DNA of 64,000 nt, taken from NCBI GenBank assembly GCA_041484665.1, contig JBGPIA010000007.1, positions 132,003-196,002 on the forward strand, written 5' to 3'. The notes beneath the pieces were generated by a model. The model was not told the origin of the DNA. It did no database searches and was given only the letters and a program-made list of their open reading frames with translations. Source of the stretch: Candidatus Krumholzibacteriia bacterium. GTDB lineage: Bacteria > Krumholzibacteriota > Krumholzibacteriia > JAJRXK01. Positions 9,930-18,571 of the stretch are shown here, one piece after another (positions within the stretch are counted from its first letter, which is position 1; the number at the start of each line of letters is the position of its first letter). The position numbers and the translations under genes were made by a program.

Positions 9930-11486
9930 TCAGTGGACGGGCCAGCGCGAGCTGCTCCAGTAGAAATCCCAATTGGGGCCGCGCAGCTGCGAGCCCACGT
10001 ACGTCAGCACGACGAATCCGGCCAAGAAACACGAGAACAGCGCGATCGCGGACATACGTGTCGAGCCGGTGCGCCGCAGCGCGCCCAGCGACCACAGCGC
10101 GTACGCCAGCGTGAGCAGCGTGCCGGGATTGACGAAGATGATCAGGAGCTGCGGCGCGTGGGGGAACCAGCTGCGAATCCAGCCGAACTCCACCGGGACG
10201 GCCACCGCGAGCGCGGCCGCAGCCAGGCCGAAGATCAAGCTCTGCACCGCCATGCGCCGGCCGCGCGGGCCGCTGAACCAGATTCCCGGCTCCTCCCGCT
10301 CACGGTCGAGATACGGGATCAGCGCCAGCCCGAGCACCACGATGGCGGGGATGACCAGCCCGCCCATGAACGCCGAGTAGGAGACCATCTCCTGCAGGCC
10401 CAGGAAATACCACGGCGCCTTCGCCGGGTTTTCCGGGATGCTGGGGTTGGCCAGCTCCTTGAGCGGCGCGTCGAACCGGATGCCAAGCACCGTGACCAGC
10501 AGCATGGTGCCCATGAAGACCAGCAACTCGGCGCGCAGCAGGAACGGCCAGCTGGGCAATGTGTCGGCGGGATCGAGGTTGGTGGCGGGCGTGCGGTCGC
10601 GCACGATGCACATGAGACCGTAGGTCTTGCGCGGCGATTGCTCCGGGGCGGCCGGGGGCGTCCCCGCCACGGCGGCGCCCTTGCCCGCCGTGGTGACCGC
10701 CACGCCTGGGCGCGCCAGGCCTCCATCCTTGCGCAGGCGCCAGAAGTGCACGCCCAGAAGCGCCACGACCGAGAGCGGCAGGATCATCACGTGGAGCAGG
10801 TAGAAACGGATCAAGGCCTCCTGTCCGATCTCGCTCGCGCCCAACAGCAGCTGTTTGATGAAACCGCCCGGATCGAGCACGGACGTGATCCCCACGGCGT
10901 CGGTCAGCTCGCGCGGTGAGGCGGCGATGTTGCTGCCGATGGTGATGGCCCAGTAGGCAAGCTGGTCCCAGGGCAGCAGGTAGCCAGTGAACGACAGCCC
11001 CAGCGTGAGCACGAACAGCCCCATCCCCACCAGCCAGTTGAACTCGCGGGGGGCTTTGTAGGCGGCCGTGTAGAACACACGCACCATGTGCAGGATCACC
11101 GCGATCACCATCAAGTGCGCCGCCCAGCGGTGAATGTTGCGGATGAAGCGTCCGGTGGGCACGACGTAGTGGATGTCCTTCATGCTCTGGTAGGCCGCGT
11201 CGGTCGCGGGTTTGTAATAGACCATGAGCAGGATCCCGGTCGCGACGAGGATGGCGAACAGCGAGGCGGTGGCCACCCCCAGCGCCATGGTCGTGGAGAA
11301 GCGCAGCGTGCGGATGTGCACGCGAGTGGCGTGCAGGTGCAGGAATACGTTTCCGAACACCGCCTGGCTGCGGCTGCGATCGCTCACGGGCGGTCCCTGC
11401 CGCACCAGCGACTCCTTGAACGTGCGCGGCAGCGCCCGCAGGTTCGCGCGGAAGAGGGCCAGCCCGGCCGGGCCGATGGCGGTCAT
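9930..11486 (-). CDS. Cytochrome b of a Rieske/cytochrome b complex (b6-like plus subunit IV-like in one chain)
   Basis: RNIHRWAAHLMVIAVILH, PREFNWLVG, FTGYLLPWDQLAYWA, RFYLLHV...GVH; Qo-loop NPAKAPWYFLGLQE. Confidence 0.92.
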   Translation of the reverse strand: MTAIGPAGLALFRANLRALPRTFKESLVRQGPPVSDRSRSQAVFGNVFLHLHATRVHIRTLRFSTTMALGVATASLFAILVATGILLMVYYKPATDAAYQSMKDIHYVVPTGRFIRNIHRWAAHLMVIAVILHMVRVFYTAAYKAPREFNWLVGMGLFVLTLGLSFTGYLLPWDQLAYWAITIGSNIAASPRELTDAVGITSVLDPGGFIKQLLLGASEIGQEALIRFYLLHVMILPLSVVALLGVHFWRLRKDGGLARPGVAVTTAGKGAAVAGTPPAAPEQSPRKTYGLMCIVRDRTPATNLDPADTLPSWPFLLRAELLVFMGTMLLVTVLGIRFDAPLKELANPSIPENPAKAPWYFLGLQEMVSYSAFMGGLVIPAIVVLGLALIPYLDREREEPGIWFSGPRGRRMAVQSLIFGLAAAALAVAVPVEFGWIRSWFPHAPQLLIIFVNPGTLLTLAYALWSLGALRRTGSTRMSAIALFSCFLAGFVVLTYVGSQLRGPNWDFYWSSSRWPVH

Positions 11487-11504
11487 GATCGCGTCCTCAT
11501 CTCG

Positions 11505-11972
11505 CTAGCCCGCAAAGAAGGTTTCGGGGGCGACCTCGCGCTTCGCGTCCACCAGCAGGCTCCCATCGGCCGCGCGCGATACCTCCAGCCAGCGCAGCCC
11601 GCGCGGCGCCGGGCCGCCTACCACCGCGCCCTGCGCGTCGAAGCGCGAGCCGTGGCACGGGCAGCGGAAGCCGTCGGGGGTCTCGCCCACGATGCATCCC
11701 AGGTGGGTGCAGACCAGCGACATGGCCGCGACACCTTTGGCCGTCGAGACGATCCGCACGTTGCGCTCGGGCAGGACGCGCACCGTGCCGGCCGCGTACT
11801 GCTCCAGGCGGCCGATGCGGAAGCGTGAGCCGGCCTCGGGCAACAGCCGCGGCCTTGGCAGTCGCGCCATGCCGTGCAGCGATCCCAGGACCGCCGCGGC
11901 GGCGCTCAGCAGACCCGCCAGGCTCAGGAAATCACGGCGCGGAATCGGCGCGGGCTCTAGGCGACCTGACAT
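11505..11972 (-). CDS. Rieske [2Fe-2S] protein
   Basis: Tat signal/anchor PRRDFL; boxes CTHLGC and CPCHGS. Start moved to ATG 11972. Confidence 0.93.
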   Translation of the reverse strand: MSGRLEPAPIPRRDFLSLAGLLSAAAAVLGSLHGMARLPRPRLLPEAGSRFRIGRLEQYAAGTVRVLPERNVRIVSTAKGVAAMSLVCTHLGCIVGETPDGFRCPCHGSRFDAQGAVVGGPAPRGLRWLEVSRAADGSLLVDAKREVAPETFFAG

Positions 11973-14014
11973 ACGAGCCTCTCCTGGAAGAGGAAGCGTT
12001 CCATGGTGATGGCCCCCGTGGGGCAGCGTTGCGCGCACAACGCGCAGCGGATGCAAATGGTCTCGTCCTTCACGATGGCCGAGGCCTGCCCGGGGGGGAC
12101 GCCGGCCAGCTGTGTGGCGAGCACGTCGGACAGGCGGTCTCGGCCGTGGCTCGCGCTGCCGGCAGCGCTGTCCTTTGCAGTGCCGGCCGCGCTGGCAGCC
12201 GCGATGCTGGCTGCGCTGGCAGCCGGGGTCGGGACTGCACTGGCAGCTGGGCCGCCCACTGCGGCACCGTCCGCGGCACCGTTCGCGGCGGGGACCAGCC
12301 GGTCGACCGACACGATGCGTAAGCACAGCTGCGGGCAGACGTCCACGCAGCCGCCGCAAAGGATGCACTTGTCGCCGTCGAAAATGGTGTTGACGCCGCA
12401 GTCCAGGCAGCGTGACGCCTCGCGGTGCGCCTGCGCGTGCGTGTAGACCATCTCCACGGGAGAGCTTTGGGAGGCCAGCCGCGCCTTCGGAGTTGCGGTC
12501 GGCACCGCGACGCGTCGCGTCGTCTCGTAGCTGGCCTCCCGCAGGTAACCGGGAAGCGCCAGGTGCAGCTCCACATCGCGCGGGGCGAGTGTCCGGCCGG
12601 TGACGGCCCGGTAGATCTCCCGGGCCACCTGCTTGCCCGAGGCCACGGCGTGGATTAGGAGCTTGGGCCCATAGGCGAGGTCGCCAGCGACGTAGAGCCC
12701 CGGTGTGCGCGTGGCGCCGGTGACCGGGTCGCACGCGATTGTCCCGCGCGGCGTCAGCTCGACGGCGTCGCGCTGCGCGTCGACGAAGCGCAGGTCGACC
12801 TCCTGGCCGATCGCCAGCAGTACCGTGTCGCAGGGGATCGTCTCGCGCACGCTGTCGTCGAAGAGGGGCGCGAAGCGGTGGCGCTCGTCGTACACCCGCG
12901 TGCACGGCCGGAACACGACCCCGGTCACGCGTCCTTGCGCATCCTGCTCGAGCTCGACGGGGCCGAGGCCGTTGCGCCGGACGATCCCCTCCTCGTCACC
13001 CTCGAGGATCTCCACGTCGTCGGCGGGCATCTCGGCAAGCGACTCCAGCGAGCAGAGCGTCACGGTGCTGACCCCGGCCTCGCGCAGGGCCGTGCGTGCC
13101 GCGTCGAGGGAGATCTGACGCAGCACCGTGCGGCCGACGTCGTAGGCCACGTTGCCGCCGCCGATCACCACGACGCGCCGGCCGAGGGGTACTTGGCGGC
13201 CCAGGGCAATGTCGCGCAGGAACTCCACGCCACCCAGCACTTCCGCGGCACCGGCGCCAGGGATGGGCACGCGGCGGGAGCGTTTGGCGCCCACCGCGAC
13301 GATCACCGCATCGTGGCGCTGGCGCAGCTGCGCCAGCGAGATGTCCTTACCTACCTCGCAGCTGGTGACCGCCCTCACGCCCAGCGCCTCGATCACGGCC
13401 ACCTCGGCCCGGATCAGGTCGCGCGGCAGGCGGTACTCCGGCACTCCGATCGAGAGCATGCCGGCCAGCACCGGCTCCATCTCGTAGATCGTGACGTCGA
13501 TGCCCAGCAGCGTCAGGTCGTGCGCCGCGGCGAGCCCGGCGGGCCCGCTGCCGATGATCCCCACCGACTTGCCCGTGGCGAGCGGGACGTCGCCCGCCAG
13601 CAGCGACTGCAGGAGCGGCAGCAGCTCCTCGGCACCCGTGCACGGCTGCGCGTCGGGTCGCCGCTGCGCGGCGCGGCGCGCGGAATCCTTGAGGAAGTCG
13701 ATCAGGCCGCGGCTGACGTCGGGATGCGCCTCGGGACCATACCGCTCGCAGACGAAGCGCTTCAGCGCTCGGATGGCGATTGGTCGGTCGAGCTCGCCGC
13801 GCCGGCACGCGAGCTCGCACGGCGCGCCGCAGATGCGGCCGCAGATGGACGCCAGCGGGTTCGGACCGCGGGCGATCAGATATGCCAGCTCGAGGTCGCC
13901 CTCGGCGATGGCGCGCACGTAGCCGCGCGCATCGGTGTGCACGGGGCAGGCCGCCTGGCATTTGATCTGGCTCTTCCAGTAATCGAGGTCGGGGATGCGT
14001 ACCGGCACCGTCAT
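11957..14014 (-). CDS. GltD/NfnL/SudA-like FAD-dependent NAD(P)H oxidoreductase with C-terminal 2x[4Fe-4S] ferredoxin
   Basis: CQAACPVH...ICGRICGAPCELACRR, IIGSGPAGL, GVPEYRLPR, VIGGGNVAYD, EASRCLDC, CILCGGCVDVCP and CIRCALCAQRCP. No signal peptide. Start could be as far up as 14221. Confidence 0.88.
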   Translation of the reverse strand: MTVPVRIPDLDYWKSQIKCQAACPVHTDARGYVRAIAEGDLELAYLIARGPNPLASICGRICGAPCELACRRGELDRPIAIRALKRFVCERYGPEAHPDVSRGLIDFLKDSARRAAQRRPDAQPCTGAEELLPLLQSLLAGDVPLATGKSVGIIGSGPAGLAAAHDLTLLGIDVTIYEMEPVLAGMLSIGVPEYRLPRDLIRAEVAVIEALGVRAVTSCEVGKDISLAQLRQRHDAVIVAVGAKRSRRVPIPGAGAAEVLGGVEFLRDIALGRQVPLGRRVVVIGGGNVAYDVGRTVLRQISLDAARTALREAGVSTVTLCSLESLAEMPADDVEILEGDEEGIVRRNGLGPVELEQDAQGRVTGVVFRPCTRVYDERHRFAPLFDDSVRETIPCDTVLLAIGQEVDLRFVDAQRDAVELTPRGTIACDPVTGATRTPGLYVAGDLAYGPKLLIHAVASGKQVAREIYRAVTGRTLAPRDVELHLALPGYLREASYETTRRVAVPTATPKARLASQSSPVEMVYTHAQAHREASRCLDCGVNTIFDGDKCILCGGCVDVCPQLCLRIVSVDRLVPAANGAADGAAVGGPAASAVPTPAASAASIAAASAAGTAKDSAAGSASHGRDRLSDVLATQLAGVPPGQASAIVKDETICIRCALCAQRCPTGAITMERFLFQERLVCQVA

Positions 14015-14046
14015 CGCCGCGGCGGCGTGGGACGGCGGAGCGGAGC

Positions 14047-14114
14047 CTGGTGGCAGTCCGCCGGCGTGGGGCGGCAGAGCGCACTCTGGTGGCAGTCCGC
14101 CAGCGTGTGGCGGC
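14047..14114. repeat. Direct repeat, 2 x ~29 bp at 39-bp spacing
   Basis: ctggtggcagtccgccggcgtggggcggc at 14047 and ctggtggcagtccgccagcgtgtggcggc at 14086. Confidence 0.8.
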
Positions 14115-14272
14115 GTCCCCCGCGCCGCTCCCGAATCGCCGGACGCGCCCGCACGATCTGGCCGGCCGGCCGGCCGGGGCGCGCCTCCCCCTGCAGATGG
14201 AGCTGGCTCTCGAAGGGCCAAGGCTCCTCCTCGCCGCCCCCGGCCGCGCCGGCAGCCGAGCCGCGGGCGGCG

Positions 14273-15463
14273 CTACCGGGTTACCGCGGGCGGCGCTTGC
14301 GTGCGCGGCCCAACGGCGCCGCCCGCGCTCTGCGCCCCGCCGCCGGGCGACTCGCCGCGCCCGCTGTGGTCGTTGCCACCCCGGCCATTCACGGCGGGGT
14401 GGCCGTACTGCGCGCCGTGGATGTCCTGGATGCGCTCCACGTACTCGCGGTCGCCGATCCCGTTGCGCCACAGCCCTGCGGCGCGCGCGCCCGCGTAGCC
14501 GGCCACGAACAACAACACCACGGCCGTGGCGTAGGTCAGCACACCGATGCGCCGCCCGCCCGCGTGGATCGTGAGCGTGTCGCTCACCGGGCAGACCGCG
14601 ACGCAGTCGAGGCACCCGGTGCACTCGGCACTCAGCAAGGCGCCCGCGGTGGAGACCGGCAGACGCGCCATACAGACCTTGTCACACAGCTTGCAGTCGA
14701 TGCAGCTGGCCGGCGCGCGGCGCACGCGCACGGGCGAAAGCCGCGAGAGCAGACCCAAGAGCGCGCCGTAGGGGCACAGATACCGGCACCACAATCCCTG
14801 CACGAAGACCGACGCGACGACCAGCACCAGAAGTGTGATGCCCGCCGTCCTGCCCAGTTGGGCGAAGAACAGCGCCATCTTCACGTCGGCGACCCGGTTG
14901 TAGGGTGACTCGAGGAAGAAGCGCAACTCGACTTGGTGCATGGCCGCGATCGAGTAGGCGAAGAAGGCGAGCAACAGGTACTTCAGCCCGCGCAGCGGCA
15001 CGTCCAGAGAGCGCCAGATGCGGAAGTTGCGCCCGAACAGCCTGCGGCCCACCCGCGCCAACGCCTCGGACAGGAAGCCCACCGGGCAGATCCACGCGCA
15101 GAACGACTTGCGCAGCAGGAGCGCCAGCGCAGCGGCGATCAGCAGCAGGATCGTGGCCGCCGGGTGGATGCGGTTGAGCGTCCCCTGGTGGACCCAGTCG
15201 ACCAGCCCCATGAGGCCACTGATGGGCAGGAAGCCCTCGACGCCGGGAGGCCGCACGGGCAGCGGCAGGGCTCCCTGCTGGGCGGCGCGGTAGAACTGGG
15301 CGAACTGGACTCCCAGCAGCACGCACGTCGCGGCGAACGCCGACTGCACGAGCAGGCGCGCGCGCCACGAGCGGTCGGCTTTGCGGCCCGTGCGGCCGCC
15401 GAGCCACGCGCGCAGGGGGAGGTGGGGGATCGAGGCGGGCAACGTCTGGAGCAGGTGTCTCAT
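14273..15463 (-). CDS. yccM: YccM-like (NapH/MauN family) membrane polyferredoxin
   Basis: RPPGVEGFLPISGLM, KSFCAWICPVG, DVKMALFF, WCRYLCPYGAL, CIDCKLCDKVC and ECTGCLDCVAVCP, colinear with E. coli YccM motifs as I recall them. Confidence 0.85.
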   Translation of the reverse strand: MRHLLQTLPASIPHLPLRAWLGGRTGRKADRSWRARLLVQSAFAATCVLLGVQFAQFYRAAQQGALPLPVRPPGVEGFLPISGLMGLVDWVHQGTLNRIHPAATILLLIAAALALLLRKSFCAWICPVGFLSEALARVGRRLFGRNFRIWRSLDVPLRGLKYLLLAFFAYSIAAMHQVELRFFLESPYNRVADVKMALFFAQLGRTAGITLLVLVVASVFVQGLWCRYLCPYGALLGLLSRLSPVRVRRAPASCIDCKLCDKVCMARLPVSTAGALLSAECTGCLDCVAVCPVSDTLTIHAGGRRIGVLTYATAVVLLFVAGYAGARAAGLWRNGIGDREYVERIQDIHGAQYGHPAVNGRGGNDHSGRGESPGGGAQSAGGAVGPRTQAPPAVTR

Positions 15464-15526
15464 GGCGCTCCCTGCGGCGGCGGTCCGCGCGGGGTCGCGC
15501 TGCGCCAACCGGTCGAGAGCAAAAAT

Positions 15527-15548
15527 AGGATATCACGGTCCAGATATC
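15527..15548 (-). promoter_or_regulatory. Candidate Rrf2 operator upstream of the respiratory operon
   Basis: AGGATATC-ACGG-TCCAG in an AT-rich patch 64 bp upstream of the yccM start; the same motif occurs at 16454. Confidence 0.55.
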
Positions 15549-15756
15549 AAAAGAAACTTGGCGCAGCCTTGCCGGCTCGGTGCGCGGGCCTCGCCGGACG
15601 GCGGACCGCCGGCGCACAGATGTCCGGAATCGATTGCCGTGGATAGACTTCAACGCTGGTGTCGGCCAGCCCTCCCGCTGGAAACCCAGGCTCGTCGTCT
15701 AGACCTTGACTGTTTACCCGGGGAAACCGCGGCGCGGGGGCGGCGGAGGGGAGACC

Positions 15757-16311
15757 CTAGCTCCCCGAGCCGTGCGGCTTCCGGCGCGGCGACCGCGAGC
15801 CGCCCCGGGAGCGATCCAGCGCGCGGGACCTAGGCGGCGGCGCGGGGGCATGGCGTGCCGCTTTGGGTGGCGCGTCTGGAGTCCCGCTCTCGCACAACGG
15901 AGAGCTGGCACCGGGGCCTCGATCGCGCAGGACGTCGGCGACGGTCGAGGTGGCGAAGACGCGCTCGACCTCGGCAATCGCGCGGTCGAGGCGCTGATGC
16001 AGCAGGCACAGGTTCGCTCCGTGCATCTCGATCCCCAGGGGGCACTCGCGGATCCGCTGCAAGGGATCGACCACATTGATGACGTCCAGGATCGACAGTT
16101 CGCGCGGCTCGACCGCCAGCACGAAACCCCCGTGCAGTCCACGCTGGGAGCTGACGTAACCGGCTCGGCCGAGGGACTGGAGGACTTTCGAGAGATAGTC
16201 CGCCGGGACCTTCGTGCCGCGGGCGATCTGCCGCGTGGTGTGCGCCGCTTCGCGATGGGCGGCAAGCCATACGATCGCGCGCAGCGCGTACTCGGCGGTC
16301 TGGGAGAACAC
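15757..16311 (-). CDS. Rrf2-family transcriptional regulator
   Basis: FSQTAEYALRA, YLSKVLQSL, SQRGLHGGF, CPLG..HG.NLCLLH. GTG start at 16311. Confidence 0.92.
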   Translation of the reverse strand: MFSQTAEYALRAIVWLAAHREAAHTTRQIARGTKVPADYLSKVLQSLGRAGYVSSQRGLHGGFVLAVEPRELSILDVINVVDPLQRIRECPLGIEMHGANLCLLHQRLDRAIAEVERVFATSTVADVLRDRGPGASSPLCESGTPDAPPKAARHAPAPPPRSRALDRSRGGSRSPRRKPHGSGS

Positions 16312-16453
16312 CAAGGCTGGATCGGCCTCCGGGCCCGACGTTGTGGGACGACCTTGGGGGAGGGCGTTGCGCGGGCCGCGTTTCTGGGGCGGCGTTGGAG
16401 TTGCTCGACGGCGCTCCAGCGGGGCCAGGGGGATCCGGGCCCGCGCTGCAATC

Positions 16454-16470
16454 AGGATATCTTCCTCCAG
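16454..16470 (-). promoter_or_regulatory. Candidate Rrf2 autoregulatory operator
   Basis: AGGATATC-TTCC-TCCAG, matching the site at 15527-15543 in the same orientation. Confidence 0.55.
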
Positions 16471-16768
16471 TTTATGCCGAGCACCGTGGAGGGCAAGCGG
16501 CAAGTCCGGCGCCGCAGCATGGGGCGGCAGTCGAGGGCGGCGAGCGATCCGCGCTGCAAAGAGCGAGCGATGCAGGTGGTGACCGGCGCGAGGAGCATGG
16601 ACCCAGCCGGGGCCGCTACCAAAAAAAGCCAACGATTGGCATGCGGCCGGAATGCGGGTATGGTGGCGGTCGTTGGCCGTGCCTCGCTGCCTGCCCCGCC
16701 GCGGCCGCCGTCACTGCCCTCCCCGGCCCTTCGGCCCGCCCGCCCTCTGGTCGCCGCAGGAGGCGACA

Positions 16769-18571
16769 TTGCAACGTCTAAAAATCGGGATCCTCGATCT
16801 CGTCACGCAGAGTCCCACGCGTGGTCTCTACGCGCGCGTGATGAATGCCAACCTGGCCAGCATCATGCCCCAGGCGATCGCGGTCTGGTGCGAGGAGGCG
16901 GGCCACGAGGTCCGCTTCATCTGCTATACCGGCTTCGAGAACCTCATCGAGGAGCTGCCCGACGACATGGACGTGCTGTTCATCGGCGCGTTCACCCAGG
17001 CGGCTCAGCTCTCCTACGCGGTGAGCAGTCTCTTCCGCGGCCGCGGCGCACTGACGGTGCTGGGCGGCCCCCACGCCCGCTGCTATCCCGACGACGCGTG
17101 CAAGTACTTCGACTACGTCCTCGGTTTCACCGACAAGACGGTCGTGACCGAGCTGCTGCGCGACTGCAGCCAACACCGTCCGTTGGGCAGGCACATGTTC
17201 GCCAGCAAGCAGCCCGAGGAGATTCCCGGAGTGCGCCAGCGCTGGAAGTTCATCCAGCCCACCCTCGCCAAGGCGCAGACCAGCTTCAAGCTGGTGCCAA
17301 TGCTGGGCAGCCTGGGCTGCCCCTATACCTGCAGCTTCTGCATCGACTCGGTCGTCGACTACCAGCCGCTGGGATTCGACCAGATCCGCGAAGACCTGCG
17401 TTTCCTCGTGGCGAACATGCGCAGCCCGATCGTGGCCTGGCACGACCCCAACTTCGGCATCCGCTTCGACGACTACCTGTCGCTGATCGAGGACGCGGTC
17501 CCGCAGGGCAGCATCCGCTTCGTCGCCGAAACCAGCCTGGCGCTGCTGGGCGAGCGCAATCTGCAGCGTCTCAGCCGCGCCGGCTTCCAGGGGATGCTCC
17601 CTGGCGTGGAGTCGTGGTTCACGCTGGGCAACAAGTCGCGCACCGGCAACAGCCAGGGGATGGAGAAGGTCAACCGCGTGGCCGACCAGCTGAATCTGGT
17701 GCTCAAGTACATCCCCTACGTCCAAGCGAACTTCGTGCTGGGCCTGGACGATGACGAGGGCGATGAGCCCTTCGAGCTCACCAAGCGTTTCCTCGATGCC
17801 TGCCCGGGCGCGTTCCCGGGCTACTCGCTGTTCTCCGCCTTCGGCGAGGCCGCTCCGCTCAACCTGGAGCTGCAGCGGGCCGGGCGCGTCCTGCCCAGCC
17901 CCTTCCATTTCCTCAACAACAACCAGGCCGCCAACGTCAAGCTCAAGCACTACAGCTGGCCCGAGTTCTTCGACCGCGTGATCGATCTCACCGAATACTC
18001 GTTCTCGTGGCGGTCGATCGCGCGGCGATTCCGCGCCAACCAGGGGGCGATTCCGCGCCTGATGAACGCGGTGCGGGCCGTCTCGTCGGAGGGGTTCGGG
18101 CGCATCCGCTACTACAAAAAGCTGCGCCGGCTCCTCGACACCGACGGGTCGTTGCGCAGTTTCCTGGACGGCGAGACCACAACCGTGCCGTCGTTCTACG
18201 TCAACCGCGTGCGGCACGACCTGGGCGCCTTCTGGGACTTCCTGCCGCCCGGAGCTCTCGAGTACGACGCGAACGCGTACCTACGCAAGGCAGGAGGGAC
18301 GCCCCCCCCGGCGCCCAGCCCCCCGCGGCGGCGGCCGCTGGCCGGCTCGGCCCTGACGACCGCGCAGGCCATCGGTGGGCACGCGGTGGACGCGCAGGTC
18401 GCGCGCGCTCAGATCGCGGGGGCGCATGCCATGGATTCGCACGTTGCACGTGGGAACGTCGTGGGTGCCCACGCCGTGGACGCCGCGATCCCACGTGCGC
18501 ACGCCGCGAGCGGGCACGGCGTGAGCCCGCCCTCGGCTCAGCCGCGCGGCAGCGACAGTACCGGGCTGTAG
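16769..18571 (+). CDS. B12-binding-domain radical SAM protein
   Basis: VLGGPHA, GCPYTCSFC (CxxxCxxC), GVES and ANFVLGLD. TTG start after AGGAGG. Confidence 0.82.
   Translation: MQRLKIGILDLVTQSPTRGLYARVMNANLASIMPQAIAVWCEEAGHEVRFICYTGFENLIEELPDDMDVLFIGAFTQAAQLSYAVSSLFRGRGALTVLGGPHARCYPDDACKYFDYVLGFTDKTVVTELLRDCSQHRPLGRHMFASKQPEEIPGVRQRWKFIQPTLAKAQTSFKLVPMLGSLGCPYTCSFCIDSVVDYQPLGFDQIREDLRFLVANMRSPIVAWHDPNFGIRFDDYLSLIEDAVPQGSIRFVAETSLALLGERNLQRLSRAGFQGMLPGVESWFTLGNKSRTGNSQGMEKVNRVADQLNLVLKYIPYVQANFVLGLDDDEGDEPFELTKRFLDACPGAFPGYSLFSAFGEAAPLNLELQRAGRVLPSPFHFLNNNQAANVKLKHYSWPEFFDRVIDLTEYSFSWRSIARRFRANQGAIPRLMNAVRAVSSEGFGRIRYYKKLRRLLDTDGSLRSFLDGETTTVPSFYVNRVRHDLGAFWDFLPPGALEYDANAYLRKAGGTPPPAPSPPRRRPLAGSALTTAQAIGGHAVDAQVARAQIAGAHAMDSHVARGNVVGAHAVDAAIPRAHAASGHGVSPPSAQPRGSDSTGL

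Noticed and set aside
12319..12327. GTAAGCACA half-site of the 24-bp palindrome
   Set aside because: Half-site only, inside a CDS; likely chance.
15537..15550. FNR box upstream of the respiratory operon
   Set aside because: Only the ATCAA half is present; no TTGAT at the required spacing.
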